Positions 39,448-48,821 of a DNA stretch of 61,705 nt are shown here, one piece after another. The position numbers and the translations under genes are program-made. Source of the DNA: Paludibacter propionicigenes (GTDB lineage: Bacteria; Bacteroidota; Bacteroidia; Bacteroidales; JAIFNL01); assembly GCA_020721325.1 (NCBI GenBank), contig DYNA01000004.1:1-61705 (forward strand), read 5' to 3'. Below the pieces are notes generated by a model, which did no database searches, was not told where the DNA came from, and was given only the letters and a program-made list of their open reading frames with translations. Position 1 is the first letter of the stretch, and every line of letters starts with the position of its first letter.

Positions 39448-39601
39448 GAGTCCGGTCTAAAAAGATCGCACAAACGCCCAGTAATTTATAACTTGTTGTT
39501 TATGAGGCAGTTGTGATAAGTAAATCATGTTTTGCAAAATATTGATAATAAGGCAGTTATGCTCTACCTCTTCGTTTTGGATGGCTTTTTAGACCGGACT
39601 C
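39448..39601. repeat. 154-bp relatively GC-rich island closed by perfect 17-bp inverted repeats (candidate structured sRNA or MITE)
   Basis: gagtccggtctaaaaag (39448-39464) is the exact reverse complement of ctttttagaccggactc (39585-39601). The interior carries two aggcagtt(g/a)tg direct repeats. tttatt is present on both flanks. A T-rich tail (tttattttt) follows only on the + strand. Confidence 0.6.
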
Positions 39602-39939
39602 TTTATTTTTAAAAAACTTTTTTTATGAATTACAAAAATATTAAATTTACTACATAACGTTAAAAAAAAAGAATTTTATATATAAAAAAGTAAAATTTAA
39701 TTTTTTTCACGGTTTTTTTTTATTAATATTACTTTTTACCAACTTAAATATTTGAATTACAATAATATATGATTTTTGCTTTTTCAATTTTGCCATTTTA
39801 GTTCGTCTGTATTTTTATATAAAAAAAATTATTTTTAAAAAGAGAATTTTTTTTTATTTTAAAAAATCCAAAAATCGTTCCCTTTTTTTAAAATTAAGAT
39901 TAATTTTGTCCCCGATTTTGATTTAATATAAGTTCTGTA

Positions 39940-41727
39940 ATGTATGCAAAAAAAAAAATTTATCACTACTTAAAAAAACTACTTATTTGGCGTGTAAAAC
40001 ATATTACAAATTACCAATTTATTCTTTTTTTAAGTGTTTTTACCGGAATTGCAACCGGAATAAGTACCATTTTAATTAATAATATTGTTATTTTTATTAA
40101 AAAGTTGGTGCATTGGGGAATATCCGATGAATATCATAATTATTTATATTTTGCTTTGCCCAGCATTGGTATTTTATTAACTATTTTGTTTATTAAATAT
40201 GTTATAAAACAGCCAGTTAGACATGGAATACCCAATGTTTTGTTTAGCATTTCCAAAAAAAATGCTATTTTGAGCCGACACAATATGTTTTCTTCCGTTA
40301 TAACCAGCGCATTAACCATTGGTTTTGGCGGCTCGGTGGGTTTAGAAGGTCCTTCGGTAGCAACCGGAGCTGCTCAAGGGGCAAACATTGGGCGATTGTT
40401 TCACCTCGACTACAAACAGCGCGTTTTGCTCATTGGTTGTGCTTCCTCGGCGGCATTAGCCGGTATTTTTAAAGCCCCCATAGCCGGAGTGGTTTTTGCT
40501 TTGGAAGTGATGATGCTCGATTTAACAGTTGCTTCCATCGTGCCATTGCTTTTGGCTTCGCTTTCGGCTGCTATTGTTTCGAGTTTATTTTTAGGACAAG
40601 AAGTAATTTATCATTTTACCCTTAAAACCGATTTTAAACTTTCAACCATACCTTATTATATTTTGTTGGGAATAGTTGCCGGATTGGTTTCCATTTATTT
40701 TAGCAAAGTGTATATAAAAATAGCCGAATTTTTCGATAAATTTAAGTCATGGTACGTGCGCTTGCTCATAGGCGGAGGAGTTTTGGGACTTTTAATTTTT
40801 ATTTTTCCGGCACTTTACGGCGATGGTTACGAAGTTATTAATATGACTTTAGCCGGAAAATACGATTTTTTGTTCGATAAAAGTCTTTTTTATCATTACC
40901 AACATTCTTTTTGGGTGGTTCTTATTTTGCTGTTGTTAATTGTACTTTTCAAAGTTGTAGCCGCTTCGGCTACTTTTGGTGCCGGAGGTGTGGGCGGAAT
41001 TTTCGCGCCTTCGCTTTTCATGGGCGCAAATACCGGATTAGTTTTTGCACTTTTGTTCAATCAATTTCAAATCAAAACCCTTTCAACCAGCAATTTTGCC
41101 CTCGTGGGCATGGGCGGATTGATAGCCGGAGTTTTGCACGCACCCTTGACCGGAATTTTCTTAATTGCCGACATTACAAGTGGTTACGCACTTTTAATGC
41201 CACTCATGATTGTTTCTACCATTGCTTATACCATTTCGCGATATTTTTCGTCTAACTCTGTTTATACCATGCAGTTAGCTCGCCGAAAAGAACTCATAAC
41301 CCACCACAAAGACAAAGCGGTGCTTTCGCTTATGAAAGTGGACAAAATGCTCGAAACCAATTTTGCTAAAGTTCAGCCTCACTATACTTTGGGGCATTTA
41401 GTAGAAGTGGTTGCAGCATCGGAACGAAATATTTTTCCGGTAACCGACGATGAGAATAATTTCTTGGGAATAGTAGTATTAAATGACATTCGCAACATTA
41501 TGTTCAAACCCGAAATGTACGACGATACTTTTGTGCGCGACCTGATGTTTATACCCAAAGAATATGTTGATTTAGACGATTCGATGGAAGAAGTAGCCAG
41601 TAAAATTCAATCATCGGGGCTTTTTAATATTGTGGTTTTGCACAACGGAAAATATTTGGGTTTTGTGTCGCGTGCCAATGTTTTCTCCACTTATCGTAGA
41701 ATTTTGAAATATTTTTCGGAAGATTAA
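39940..41727 (+). CDS. ClC-family chloride channel/antiporter with a C-terminal CBS pair
   Basis: Selectivity-filter motifs GGSVGLEGPS, GIFKAPIAG and GGIFAPSLFMG. There are multiple TM helices and two CBS-like repeats at the C-terminus. Confidence 0.88.
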   Translation: MYAKKKIYHYLKKLLIWRVKHITNYQFILFLSVFTGIATGISTILINNIVIFIKKLVHWGISDEYHNYLYFALPSIGILLTILFIKYVIKQPVRHGIPNVLFSISKKNAILSRHNMFSSVITSALTIGFGGSVGLEGPSVATGAAQGANIGRLFHLDYKQRVLLIGCASSAALAGIFKAPIAGVVFALEVMMLDLTVASIVPLLLASLSAAIVSSLFLGQEVIYHFTLKTDFKLSTIPYYILLGIVAGLVSIYFSKVYIKIAEFFDKFKSWYVRLLIGGGVLGLLIFIFPALYGDGYEVINMTLAGKYDFLFDKSLFYHYQHSFWVVLILLLLIVLFKVVAASATFGAGGVGGIFAPSLFMGANTGLVFALLFNQFQIKTLSTSNFALVGMGGLIAGVLHAPLTGIFLIADITSGYALLMPLMIVSTIAYTISRYFSSNSVYTMQLARRKELITHHKDKAVLSLMKVDKMLETNFAKVQPHYTLGHLVEVVAASERNIFPVTDDENNFLGIVVLNDIRNIMFKPEMYDDTFVRDLMFIPKEYVDLDDSMEEVASKIQSSGLFNIVVLHNGKYLGFVSRANVFSTYRRILKYFSED

Positions 41728-42008
41728 TTTAAAAAAAAGCCATAAAACGGAGACTTCATTCATTTTATGAAAAAGGTTTAAAATATTTTGTTTCGATTAA
41801 TTTTTTCATTTTCACTATTTTCTGTTATTTTCGCTTTTTTATTTTTTTAACGGAGATTTTAAAAAAGAAAAGAAAACTTCATGTAAAAGCTTAAAAATGA
41901 ATTGTTTATAAAACATATCGAATCAATATTTAAAGGCTTTGCGCAAAAATTTAATTTTTTAAAATTGATTTGTTTTAGTAAAAAAAATAAACCATTGAAT
42001 TAAAAAAA

Positions 42009-43436
42009 ATGCTTCAAACAGAATTTGCTGAAATTATACAAAAAAATTTCAAACATAAGCCCACTTCTGACCAAAATAAACTTATCAACATGTTGAGTGA
42101 GTTTATTTTAAGTCAAAAAACAGGCGAAGCATTTATTTTGAAAGGCTATGCCGGAACGGGAAAAACATCGCTCATGAGTGCTTTGGTAAAATCACTTTGG
42201 CACGTAAAAGTGAAATCGGTGTTGCTCGCTCCCACCGGAAGAGCTGCAAAAGTTTTGAGCATTTATACTGAAAAACACGCCTTTACAATTCATAAGAAAA
42301 TTTACAAGCAGCAAAGTTCGTCTGATGGATTTGGAAAATTTGTTTTAAGTAATAATTTACATAAAGACACCTTATTCATTGTAGATGAGGCTTCTATGAT
42401 TTCAAATCAATCCTCAGAAGGCTCAACTTTCGGAAGCGGTCGTTTGCTCGACGATTTGATTTACTACATTTATCAAGCTCCAAATTGCAAATTGCTTTTA
42501 ATTGGCGACACGGCGCAGTTGCCTCCCGTTCATTTGTCGGTCAGTCCCGCTTTGGAGAAAAAGGAAATTGCACGTTTTGGATTGTCGGTTTTTGAATTGG
42601 AACTCAGGCAAGTAGTTCGGCAAGCCAAAGAATCGGGTATTTTAAAAAATGCAACTTACTTACGCAATTTATTACCAGATTTTTTAAATGGAAAATACCC
42701 GTTTTTAGAAATTGAAAATTTGGAAGATGTTAAAAAAATTTCGGGCAACGAGCTTATTGAAAGCATTACAAACTGCTACGAACAAGACGGCATGGAAGAA
42801 ACCATGATAGTAACTCGCTCAAACAAAAGGGCAAACCGCTACAACGAAGGCATCAGACGAACCATACTTTGGCGCGAAGACGAAATAGCCGTTGGAGATA
42901 TTTTGATGGTGGTCAAAAACAATTATTTTTGGACAGAAAATGTTGATTCAATGGATTTTATAGCCAATGGCGACATTGCCGAAATCACTCGAATTATAAA
43001 ATACGAAGAGCGATACGGATACCGTTTTGCGCGTGTAGAATTGAACTTTTCGGACTATGAAAATGCTGAATTTGAAGTACTTATCTTTTTGAACACCCTT
43101 TTTCTCGAAGCTGCATCTTTCGATTACGAAGAAAGCACAAAGTTTTACCGCAAAATAGAAGAAGATTATACAGAAATTACTTCCAAAAAAAATAAATATA
43201 AAAAAATTAAGGAAAATCCTTATTTTAATGCTTTACAAGTAAAATTTGCTTATGCCGTTACTTGCCACAAAGCACAAGGCGGACAATGGAAAAATATTTT
43301 TATTGACCAAGGCTATCTGGTTGAAAATATGCTTAATAAAGAATTTATACGCTGGCTTTATACGGCTGTAACGCGAGCTACCCAAAAACTTTATTTGATT
43401 AATTTCAATAAAGAATTTTTTGAAAAAAATAATTAA
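42009..43436 (+). CDS. RecD/Dda-like superfamily-1 DNA helicase
   Basis: Walker A GYAGTGKTS, Walker B LFIVDEASM, LLLIGDTAQLPPV, and a C-terminal AVTCHKAQGGQW (UvrD_C_2-like). Confidence 0.8.
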   Translation: MLQTEFAEIIQKNFKHKPTSDQNKLINMLSEFILSQKTGEAFILKGYAGTGKTSLMSALVKSLWHVKVKSVLLAPTGRAAKVLSIYTEKHAFTIHKKIYKQQSSSDGFGKFVLSNNLHKDTLFIVDEASMISNQSSEGSTFGSGRLLDDLIYYIYQAPNCKLLLIGDTAQLPPVHLSVSPALEKKEIARFGLSVFELELRQVVRQAKESGILKNATYLRNLLPDFLNGKYPFLEIENLEDVKKISGNELIESITNCYEQDGMEETMIVTRSNKRANRYNEGIRRTILWREDEIAVGDILMVVKNNYFWTENVDSMDFIANGDIAEITRIIKYEERYGYRFARVELNFSDYENAEFEVLIFLNTLFLEAASFDYEESTKFYRKIEEDYTEITSKKNKYKKIKENPYFNALQVKFAYAVTCHKAQGGQWKNIFIDQGYLVENMLNKEFIRWLYTAVTRATQKLYLINFNKEFFEKNN

Positions 43437-43457
43437 AAAGGTAATTTTTACAAAAAA

Positions 43458-44825
43458 ATGTACGCAATTATCGACATAGAAACAACCGGAATAAAACCCT
43501 CTTTGGAAAAAATTACAGAGATAGCTGTTTTCATTTTCGATGGAAATCAGATAATTGACCGTTTTTCTACTTTGGTAAATCCTGAACGTAATATACCTTA
43601 TCAAATTACCAAAATTACCGGAATTACAAATCAAATGGTAGCAAATGCACCAAAATTTTACGAAATTGCAAAAAAAATTATTGAACTTACCGAAAATAGA
43701 ATTTTTATAGCACACAATGTTCAATTCGATTATGCTTTTTTAAAAGAAGAATTTAAACGCTTGGGATTCAATTACAAACGCAAAACACTTTGCACCGTAA
43801 AACTTTCGCGAAAGATTATTCCCAATTTGCCCTCTTATAGTTTGGGTAATTTGTGTCAAAGTATTGATATTCCGATATTTAATAGGCATCGAGCTGCCGG
43901 AAATGCGGAAGCTACGGTAAAACTTTTTCAAAAACTACTCGAAATTGATACCCGAAAAAAGCCTATTTTAGCTCATTTGTCAGCCACAGAAAACGGACTT
44001 CACCCCGATTTTGAACGCGAAATGGTGGAAAAGTTGCCCGAAAAAGCCGGTGTTTATTATTTTTTTAATCAATATAACAAATTGATTTACATCGGAAAAA
44101 GTATCAACATCAAAGCCCGTGTTAAACAGCATTTAGTCAATGATTCTACTCCAAAAGCTACCGAAATGCGTAGCAAAATAGTAGATATTGGCTATGAATT
44201 GACAGGAAACGAATTGATAGCCTTGCTTTTAGAATCAGACGAAATTAAAAAACATTTGCCTATTTATAATCGCGCACAGCTCAGAATATCAGCAAATTAC
44301 GGTATTTTCTTTTCGTTTACCGAAAAAAAATATTTGAGTTTTGAAATTGCTAAAAACCACAAAGATGAAATTCCTCTCACTTCCTTTAGCACTCTTGAAG
44401 CGGCTAAAAGTCATTTAGAACGAATTACCGAAGAATTTAATTTGTGTCAAAAAATAAACGGCTTATACAATCACAGCGGAGCTTGTTTCAAATACGGAAT
44501 AAAACAGTGCAAAGGCGCATGTATAGAGCAAGAAACTTCTGACGATTACAATCAAAGAGCCGAAAAAGCTTTAGAAACTTTTGAATATAAACATCAAAAT
44601 TTTCTGGTAATTGGCGAGGGCAGAAATGCTGACGAAAAATCTGTCGTGCGAATTGCCAACGGAAAATATATTGGTTTTGGTTACATTGAAAACGTGCTCA
44701 TTAGCAATGATTTAGAATTTCTCTTCGATTGCATAAAACCTCGCCAAAACAATAGAGATGTGCAAATTATTATAAAAAATTATATAGAAAATAACAAAAC
44801 AGAACTTATAATTATTAATTCATAA
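43458..44825 (+). CDS. DnaQ-like 3'-5' exonuclease fused to a GIY-YIG nuclease domain
   Basis: DEDDh exonuclease motifs YAIIDIETTG, IAHNVQFDYAFL and HRAAGNAEA, followed by a GIY-YIG block (GVYYFFNQYNKLIYIGKSINIKARVKQH). Confidence 0.8.
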   Translation: MYAIIDIETTGIKPSLEKITEIAVFIFDGNQIIDRFSTLVNPERNIPYQITKITGITNQMVANAPKFYEIAKKIIELTENRIFIAHNVQFDYAFLKEEFKRLGFNYKRKTLCTVKLSRKIIPNLPSYSLGNLCQSIDIPIFNRHRAAGNAEATVKLFQKLLEIDTRKKPILAHLSATENGLHPDFEREMVEKLPEKAGVYYFFNQYNKLIYIGKSINIKARVKQHLVNDSTPKATEMRSKIVDIGYELTGNELIALLLESDEIKKHLPIYNRAQLRISANYGIFFSFTEKKYLSFEIAKNHKDEIPLTSFSTLEAAKSHLERITEEFNLCQKINGLYNHSGACFKYGIKQCKGACIEQETSDDYNQRAEKALETFEYKHQNFLVIGEGRNADEKSVVRIANGKYIGFGYIENVLISNDLEFLFDCIKPRQNNRDVQIIIKNYIENNKTELIIINS

Positions 44826-44829
44826 CTGT

Positions 44830-45441
44830 ATGAAAATAATAGCCATCGGACGAAATTATTCCGAACATGCAAAAGAACTTGGCAATTTAGTGCCAAAAGA
44901 AACGGTTTTTTTTATGAAACCCGAAACAGCAATCATTCGCAACAATCAAGATTTTTACTATCCTGATTTCTCGACCGATTTGCATTATGAAACCGAATTT
45001 GTGGTAAAAATCAACCAAGTAGGCAAAAATATTCAAGAAAAATTTGCCTATCGCTATTATGACGAAGTAACAGTCGGTATCGACTTCACTGCCAGAGATT
45101 TACAACGAAAGTGCAAAGAAGAAGGCTTGCCTTGGGAAGTAGCCAAAGCCTTTGACGGCTCAGCTCCGATTGGAAAATTTTTACCCAAAGAGAAATTTGA
45201 AAACATTAATAACATTAACTTTTCATTAAAATTAAACGGTGAAAATTGCCAGCAAGGCAATACCGGCGAAATGATTTTTTCGATTGACAAACTCATTGCT
45301 TACGTTTCACGTTTTGTAACGCTCAAAATTGGCGATTTACTTTTTACTGGAACGCCCGCAGGTGTTGGAGCTGTGAAAATTGGAGACCATTTACAGTCAT
45401 TTATTGAAGATGAGCTTTTATTGGATTTTTATGTAAAATAA
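44830..45441 (+). CDS. Fumarylacetoacetate hydrolase (FAH) family protein
   Basis: IIAIGRNYSEHAKELG, HYETEFVV and LLFTGTPAGVG motifs. Confidence 0.8.
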   Translation: MKIIAIGRNYSEHAKELGNLVPKETVFFMKPETAIIRNNQDFYYPDFSTDLHYETEFVVKINQVGKNIQEKFAYRYYDEVTVGIDFTARDLQRKCKEEGLPWEVAKAFDGSAPIGKFLPKEKFENINNINFSLKLNGENCQQGNTGEMIFSIDKLIAYVSRFVTLKIGDLLFTGTPAGVGAVKIGDHLQSFIEDELLLDFYVK

Positions 45442-45460
45442 AATATTGAATTTCAGGTGT

Positions 45461-46780
45461 TTACAAAGTTAAATGCCTGAAATTTAAAAAATCGGCTACT
45501 ATAAAAGTACTTCCACCAATGAAAATAAAATCACTGGGTTCAGCATTTTGTTTAGCAAATTTAACTGCCTCAATAACAGACAAATAACTATTTCCTATTA
45601 AATTAAATTTTTCAGCTTTTTCTTTTAAAATGCTTTCATCTAAAGCTCTTGGAATAGAGGCTTTTGTAAAATAGTAAATGGCATTTTTAGGTAAAAAAGC
45701 AAGTATTTTTTCAATTTCTTTGTCATTGACCATTCCTAAAATAAAATGCAGTTTTTTAAAGGCTGTTTGAGCAATTTGCTGAATTACAAATTTTATTCCG
45801 GCTTCGTTATGTCCTGTATCACAAACCATTAGCGGATTATTACCTACAATTTGCCATCGCCCATTTAAGCCTGTTCGCGAAGCAGCGTCAGTTAAAGCAT
45901 CATATAAAATACTGTCTGTAATTTGCTTATCTATAAGCTTTTGAGTGTTTAAAACTTCTACTGTTTGCAAAACAGTTAAAATATTTTCTCTTTGATAAAA
46001 ACCCAACAAATCAAGTTTTAAATTTTTGAATATTAGCTTATTATATTTTTCAATATTAAAAATTTGCTTGGAATCGATGCTCTGAAAAACCGATGAACAT
46101 TTATAATTTTGGTCAGCGAAAAATAATTCGGTATTTTTTTCTTTTGCTATTTTTTCAAAGACAGGTTTTGTTTCGTTTTGCGTTTTACCAATTACAACCG
46201 GTATTTTTTCTTTAATTATTCCGGCTTTTTCAGTGGCAATCAGTTCTAAAGTACTTCCTAAAAATTGTGTGTGGTCGTAAGAAATATTGGTAATAACTGA
46301 AATTAAGGGAGTTATGATATTTGTAGAATCAAGCCTTCCGCCCATTCCTACTTCAACTACAGCAATATCAATTTGTTGATTTTCAAAATATTGAAATGCT
46401 AAAGCTACCGAAATTTCAAAGAAAGAAGGTCTTAATTCGGAAATAATTTCTCTATTTTGGCTAACAAATTCTATAACAGCATTTTCTGTAATCATTTCGC
46501 CATTTATTTTTATTCGTTCTTTAAAATCGACCAAATGAGGCGAAGTGTAAAGTCCCACTTTATAACCTGCTGACATTAAAATAGATGCTAAAGAATGTGA
46601 AACAGAACCTTTTCCATTTGTTCCGGCAACATGAATGCTTTTAAATTTTTTGTGTGGAAAACCGAAATACTTATCAAGAGCCAAAGTCGTATCCAGATTG
46701 GCTTTATAAGCCGATGCCCCAATTCGTTGAAACATAGGAAGTTGGCTAAAAAGAAAATCGGTTGTTTCTTTATAGGTCAT
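45461..46780 (-). CDS. folC: Bifunctional folylpolyglutamate synthase / dihydrofolate synthase
   Basis: Mur-ligase P-loop HVAGTNGKGSV, TSPHL and VEVGMGGRLDSTN. It has a 4-nt ATGA overlap with the upstream thioesterase gene. Confidence 0.9.
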   Translation of the reverse strand: MTYKETTDFLFSQLPMFQRIGASAYKANLDTTLALDKYFGFPHKKFKSIHVAGTNGKGSVSHSLASILMSAGYKVGLYTSPHLVDFKERIKINGEMITENAVIEFVSQNREIISELRPSFFEISVALAFQYFENQQIDIAVVEVGMGGRLDSTNIITPLISVITNISYDHTQFLGSTLELIATEKAGIIKEKIPVVIGKTQNETKPVFEKIAKEKNTELFFADQNYKCSSVFQSIDSKQIFNIEKYNKLIFKNLKLDLLGFYQRENILTVLQTVEVLNTQKLIDKQITDSILYDALTDAASRTGLNGRWQIVGNNPLMVCDTGHNEAGIKFVIQQIAQTAFKKLHFILGMVNDKEIEKILAFLPKNAIYYFTKASIPRALDESILKEKAEKFNLIGNSYLSVIEAVKFAKQNAEPSDFIFIGGSTFIVADFLNFRHLTL

Positions 46781-47196
46781 AAATTTGGGTTTTCAAAAAA
46801 TGATTCTATCCTTTTTAGGAAAAAGTCGGGAGCATCAGTAGGTCTTCGGCGGTTTTCATCAACAAAAACCAGCTCAACTTTGCCCGTTACAATCAATTTT
46901 CCCTCTTCGTTGTGAATTTCGTGTTCAAATTGCAATCTTTTGGTCGGTTTTTCACGCAAAATAGTGGTTACAGTGAGCAAATCGTCGTAAAAAGCAGGCG
47001 AATGGTATCGGATTTCCATACTTCGCACCGGCAACATGATGCCCTGAGCCTCCATTTCGCGATACGTCATGCCAAATTCGCGCAACATATTGGTACGACC
47101 AATTTCAAAAAATTGAGCATAATTTCCGTAATACACGTAGCCCATTTTATCGGTTTCGCTGTATCGAATGCGAACTTCTGTTTTTGCTGTAATCAT
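46777..47196 (-). CDS. YbgC/4HBT-family acyl-CoA thioesterase
   Basis: VRIRYSETDKMGYVYYGNYAQFFEIGR catalytic-Asp N-terminal signature of the hotdog 4HBT family. Confidence 0.8.
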   Translation of the reverse strand: MITAKTEVRIRYSETDKMGYVYYGNYAQFFEIGRTNMLREFGMTYREMEAQGIMLPVRSMEIRYHSPAFYDDLLTVTTILREKPTKRLQFEHEIHNEEGKLIVTGKVELVFVDENRRRPTDAPDFFLKRIESFFENPNL

Positions 47197-47365
47197 TTTT
47201 TAAGGTTTTTTTTTGCAAAACTAAATTGTTTCTTGGTATTTTGCAAAACTCATTTCAATTTTTTTTCCAAAAAAAACTTAAAAAAACAGATTTATTTAGA
47301 ATGGTTTTAAATAGTTGTTTTTTTTTCTATTTTTGTAAAAAAATTATAAATTTAAAATCAAAAAA

Positions 47366-48283
47366 ATGATTCAACGAATTGTACATGAAATATTTTTTAG
47401 TCGCAATCTATTATTGATATTATCGGTTTTTGCCGGATTTTTTTTTGGTGAATTTGCCGTTTACACCAAAGAATTAATATTTAGTTTGCTCATTATCATT
47501 ATGATATTTTCATCTTCAGGTATTCCTACTTCGGCTATTTTTCCCTTAAAATCGGTTGTAAAACCTATTTTAAAAGGAATTTTTTTAAATTACATTCTTT
47601 TAGGAGCTGTGGTTATTCCATTGGCATATTTCTTAATTCCCAATGAATTAATGTTTTACGGCTTTGTAGTTATTGCAGCCACACCACCCGGAGTAATAAT
47701 TATTCCTTTTTCAGCCAAATCGCAGGGCGATTTAAAGTATTCAACCTTAGGGGTTTTAGGAGGTTACATTGCTGCTATTTTATTGACGCCCTTAATCCTC
47801 GAAATATTTACTAACGATGCTAAAATCAGTGCTTTAGATTTAATTTTTTTAATGATTAAAATGGTTTTGCTGCCTTTACTTCTTTCTCGATTTTTGCTAA
47901 TTCCAAAAATTAAAGTGGTGAGCGATAAAATCAAAGGACGTATAATCGATTATAGCTTTGCTATTATCATTTTTACGGCTGTGGGAATGAACAAAGACAT
48001 TTTTTCAGGAGAATTTAAAATGTTAATATTCAGTAGCTTAGTACTCTTTACTTCACATTTTGTTTTAGGTGGATTGTATTATTTTACAATGCTAAAATTA
48101 GGTAAAAAAATTGAAATTTTAACCAGCGAAACACTTTTGGTTACTATCAAAAGCTCTGGTTTTGCTGTGGTTACCGCTTTGGAATTGTTCGGAAAAACAG
48201 CAACCGTTCCCGCAGCACTTTTAAGTATTTTTGTTCTTATATTTGTGCTTACTTTTAATATTTTTAAAAACATAAAAAGCTAA
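47366..48283 (+). CDS. Polytopic membrane transporter-like protein (possibly BASS/AEC-type)
   Basis: About 9-10 hydrophobic helices. The family assignment is tentative and rests on size and an IAATPPG-like segment. Confidence 0.35.
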   Translation: MIQRIVHEIFFSRNLLLILSVFAGFFFGEFAVYTKELIFSLLIIIMIFSSSGIPTSAIFPLKSVVKPILKGIFLNYILLGAVVIPLAYFLIPNELMFYGFVVIAATPPGVIIIPFSAKSQGDLKYSTLGVLGGYIAAILLTPLILEIFTNDAKISALDLIFLMIKMVLLPLLLSRFLLIPKIKVVSDKIKGRIIDYSFAIIIFTAVGMNKDIFSGEFKMLIFSSLVLFTSHFVLGGLYYFTMLKLGKKIEILTSETLLVTIKSSGFAVVTALELFGKTATVPAALLSIFVLIFVLTFNIFKNIKS

Positions 48284-48821
48284 AAAAAGATATTTTTAAA
48301 AAGTTTTTTTAAAAATTTTTTTTCTTTTTTGAAGAGGAAAAAAAATTGAATTTTTTTTGAAAAATCCCCTTTTCAGAGCGTTTTAAAATACCAAATTATT
48401 TAAAATTAAAATTTTTTGTTTAAAATTCAATATAAAAGTATAATAATTTTGCAACATTTTTTATAGTCTTGTTTTTTAGAATTTTATGTAAAGTTATATT
48501 TTTATTTACTTGAATGTCAATTTATTCATTTTTAAGCAATTTTTAGATTTAATCCATTTGAATTTAAAGGTATTTTTTAACATTTAATTTTTTTCTTTAA
48601 GGATATGAAAAAGAATAAAATACATAATAAATTTTACGGTAGAATTTTTTTTTTTGAAAAATATTGAAAAAAAATTTCGTTTTTATAAAAAATATGTTGT
48701 ATTTTAGTTCAAGAATTTTGATAAATAAAGTCTCTAAAAAGCTTATCAATTTCACTTTATAAAAAAATATAAAAAAGAAAATTTTGCAATTACTAACATA
48801 TCTAATTAAATTTTTAAGTTT

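Noticed and set aside
39448-39601. Fluoride (crcB-motif) riboswitch upstream of the ClC gene, or an RNase P fragment because of the AGTCCGG heptamer
   Set aside because: The gctctacc segment only superficially resembles the crcB 3' consensus, and the required P1/P3 pairings and pseudoknot partners are absent. The ClC protein has CBS domains and is not the short ClC-F type. The element lies about 340 nt from the start codon. RNase P RNA is more than twice this length, and its AGUCCGG context (GGAAAGUCCGGGC) is not matched.
40911-41255. 114-aa same-strand alternative-frame ORF inside the ClC gene
   Set aside because: It is out of frame within a CDS whose annotated frame carries the ClC selectivity-filter motifs. 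Its R/C/F-rich translation looks non-biological.
43233-43724. 163-aa minus-strand ORF spanning the helicase/exonuclease junction
   Set aside because: It overlaps two well-supported + strand genes in antisense. Its translation is low-complexity and F/N/I-rich.
45449-45484. Hairpin aatttcagg / cctgaaatt between the FAH gene and folC as a terminator
   Set aside because: It has a 9-bp stem with an 18-nt loop. The downstream arm lies inside the folC coding sequence, and no T tail follows on the + strand. It is too weak to call.
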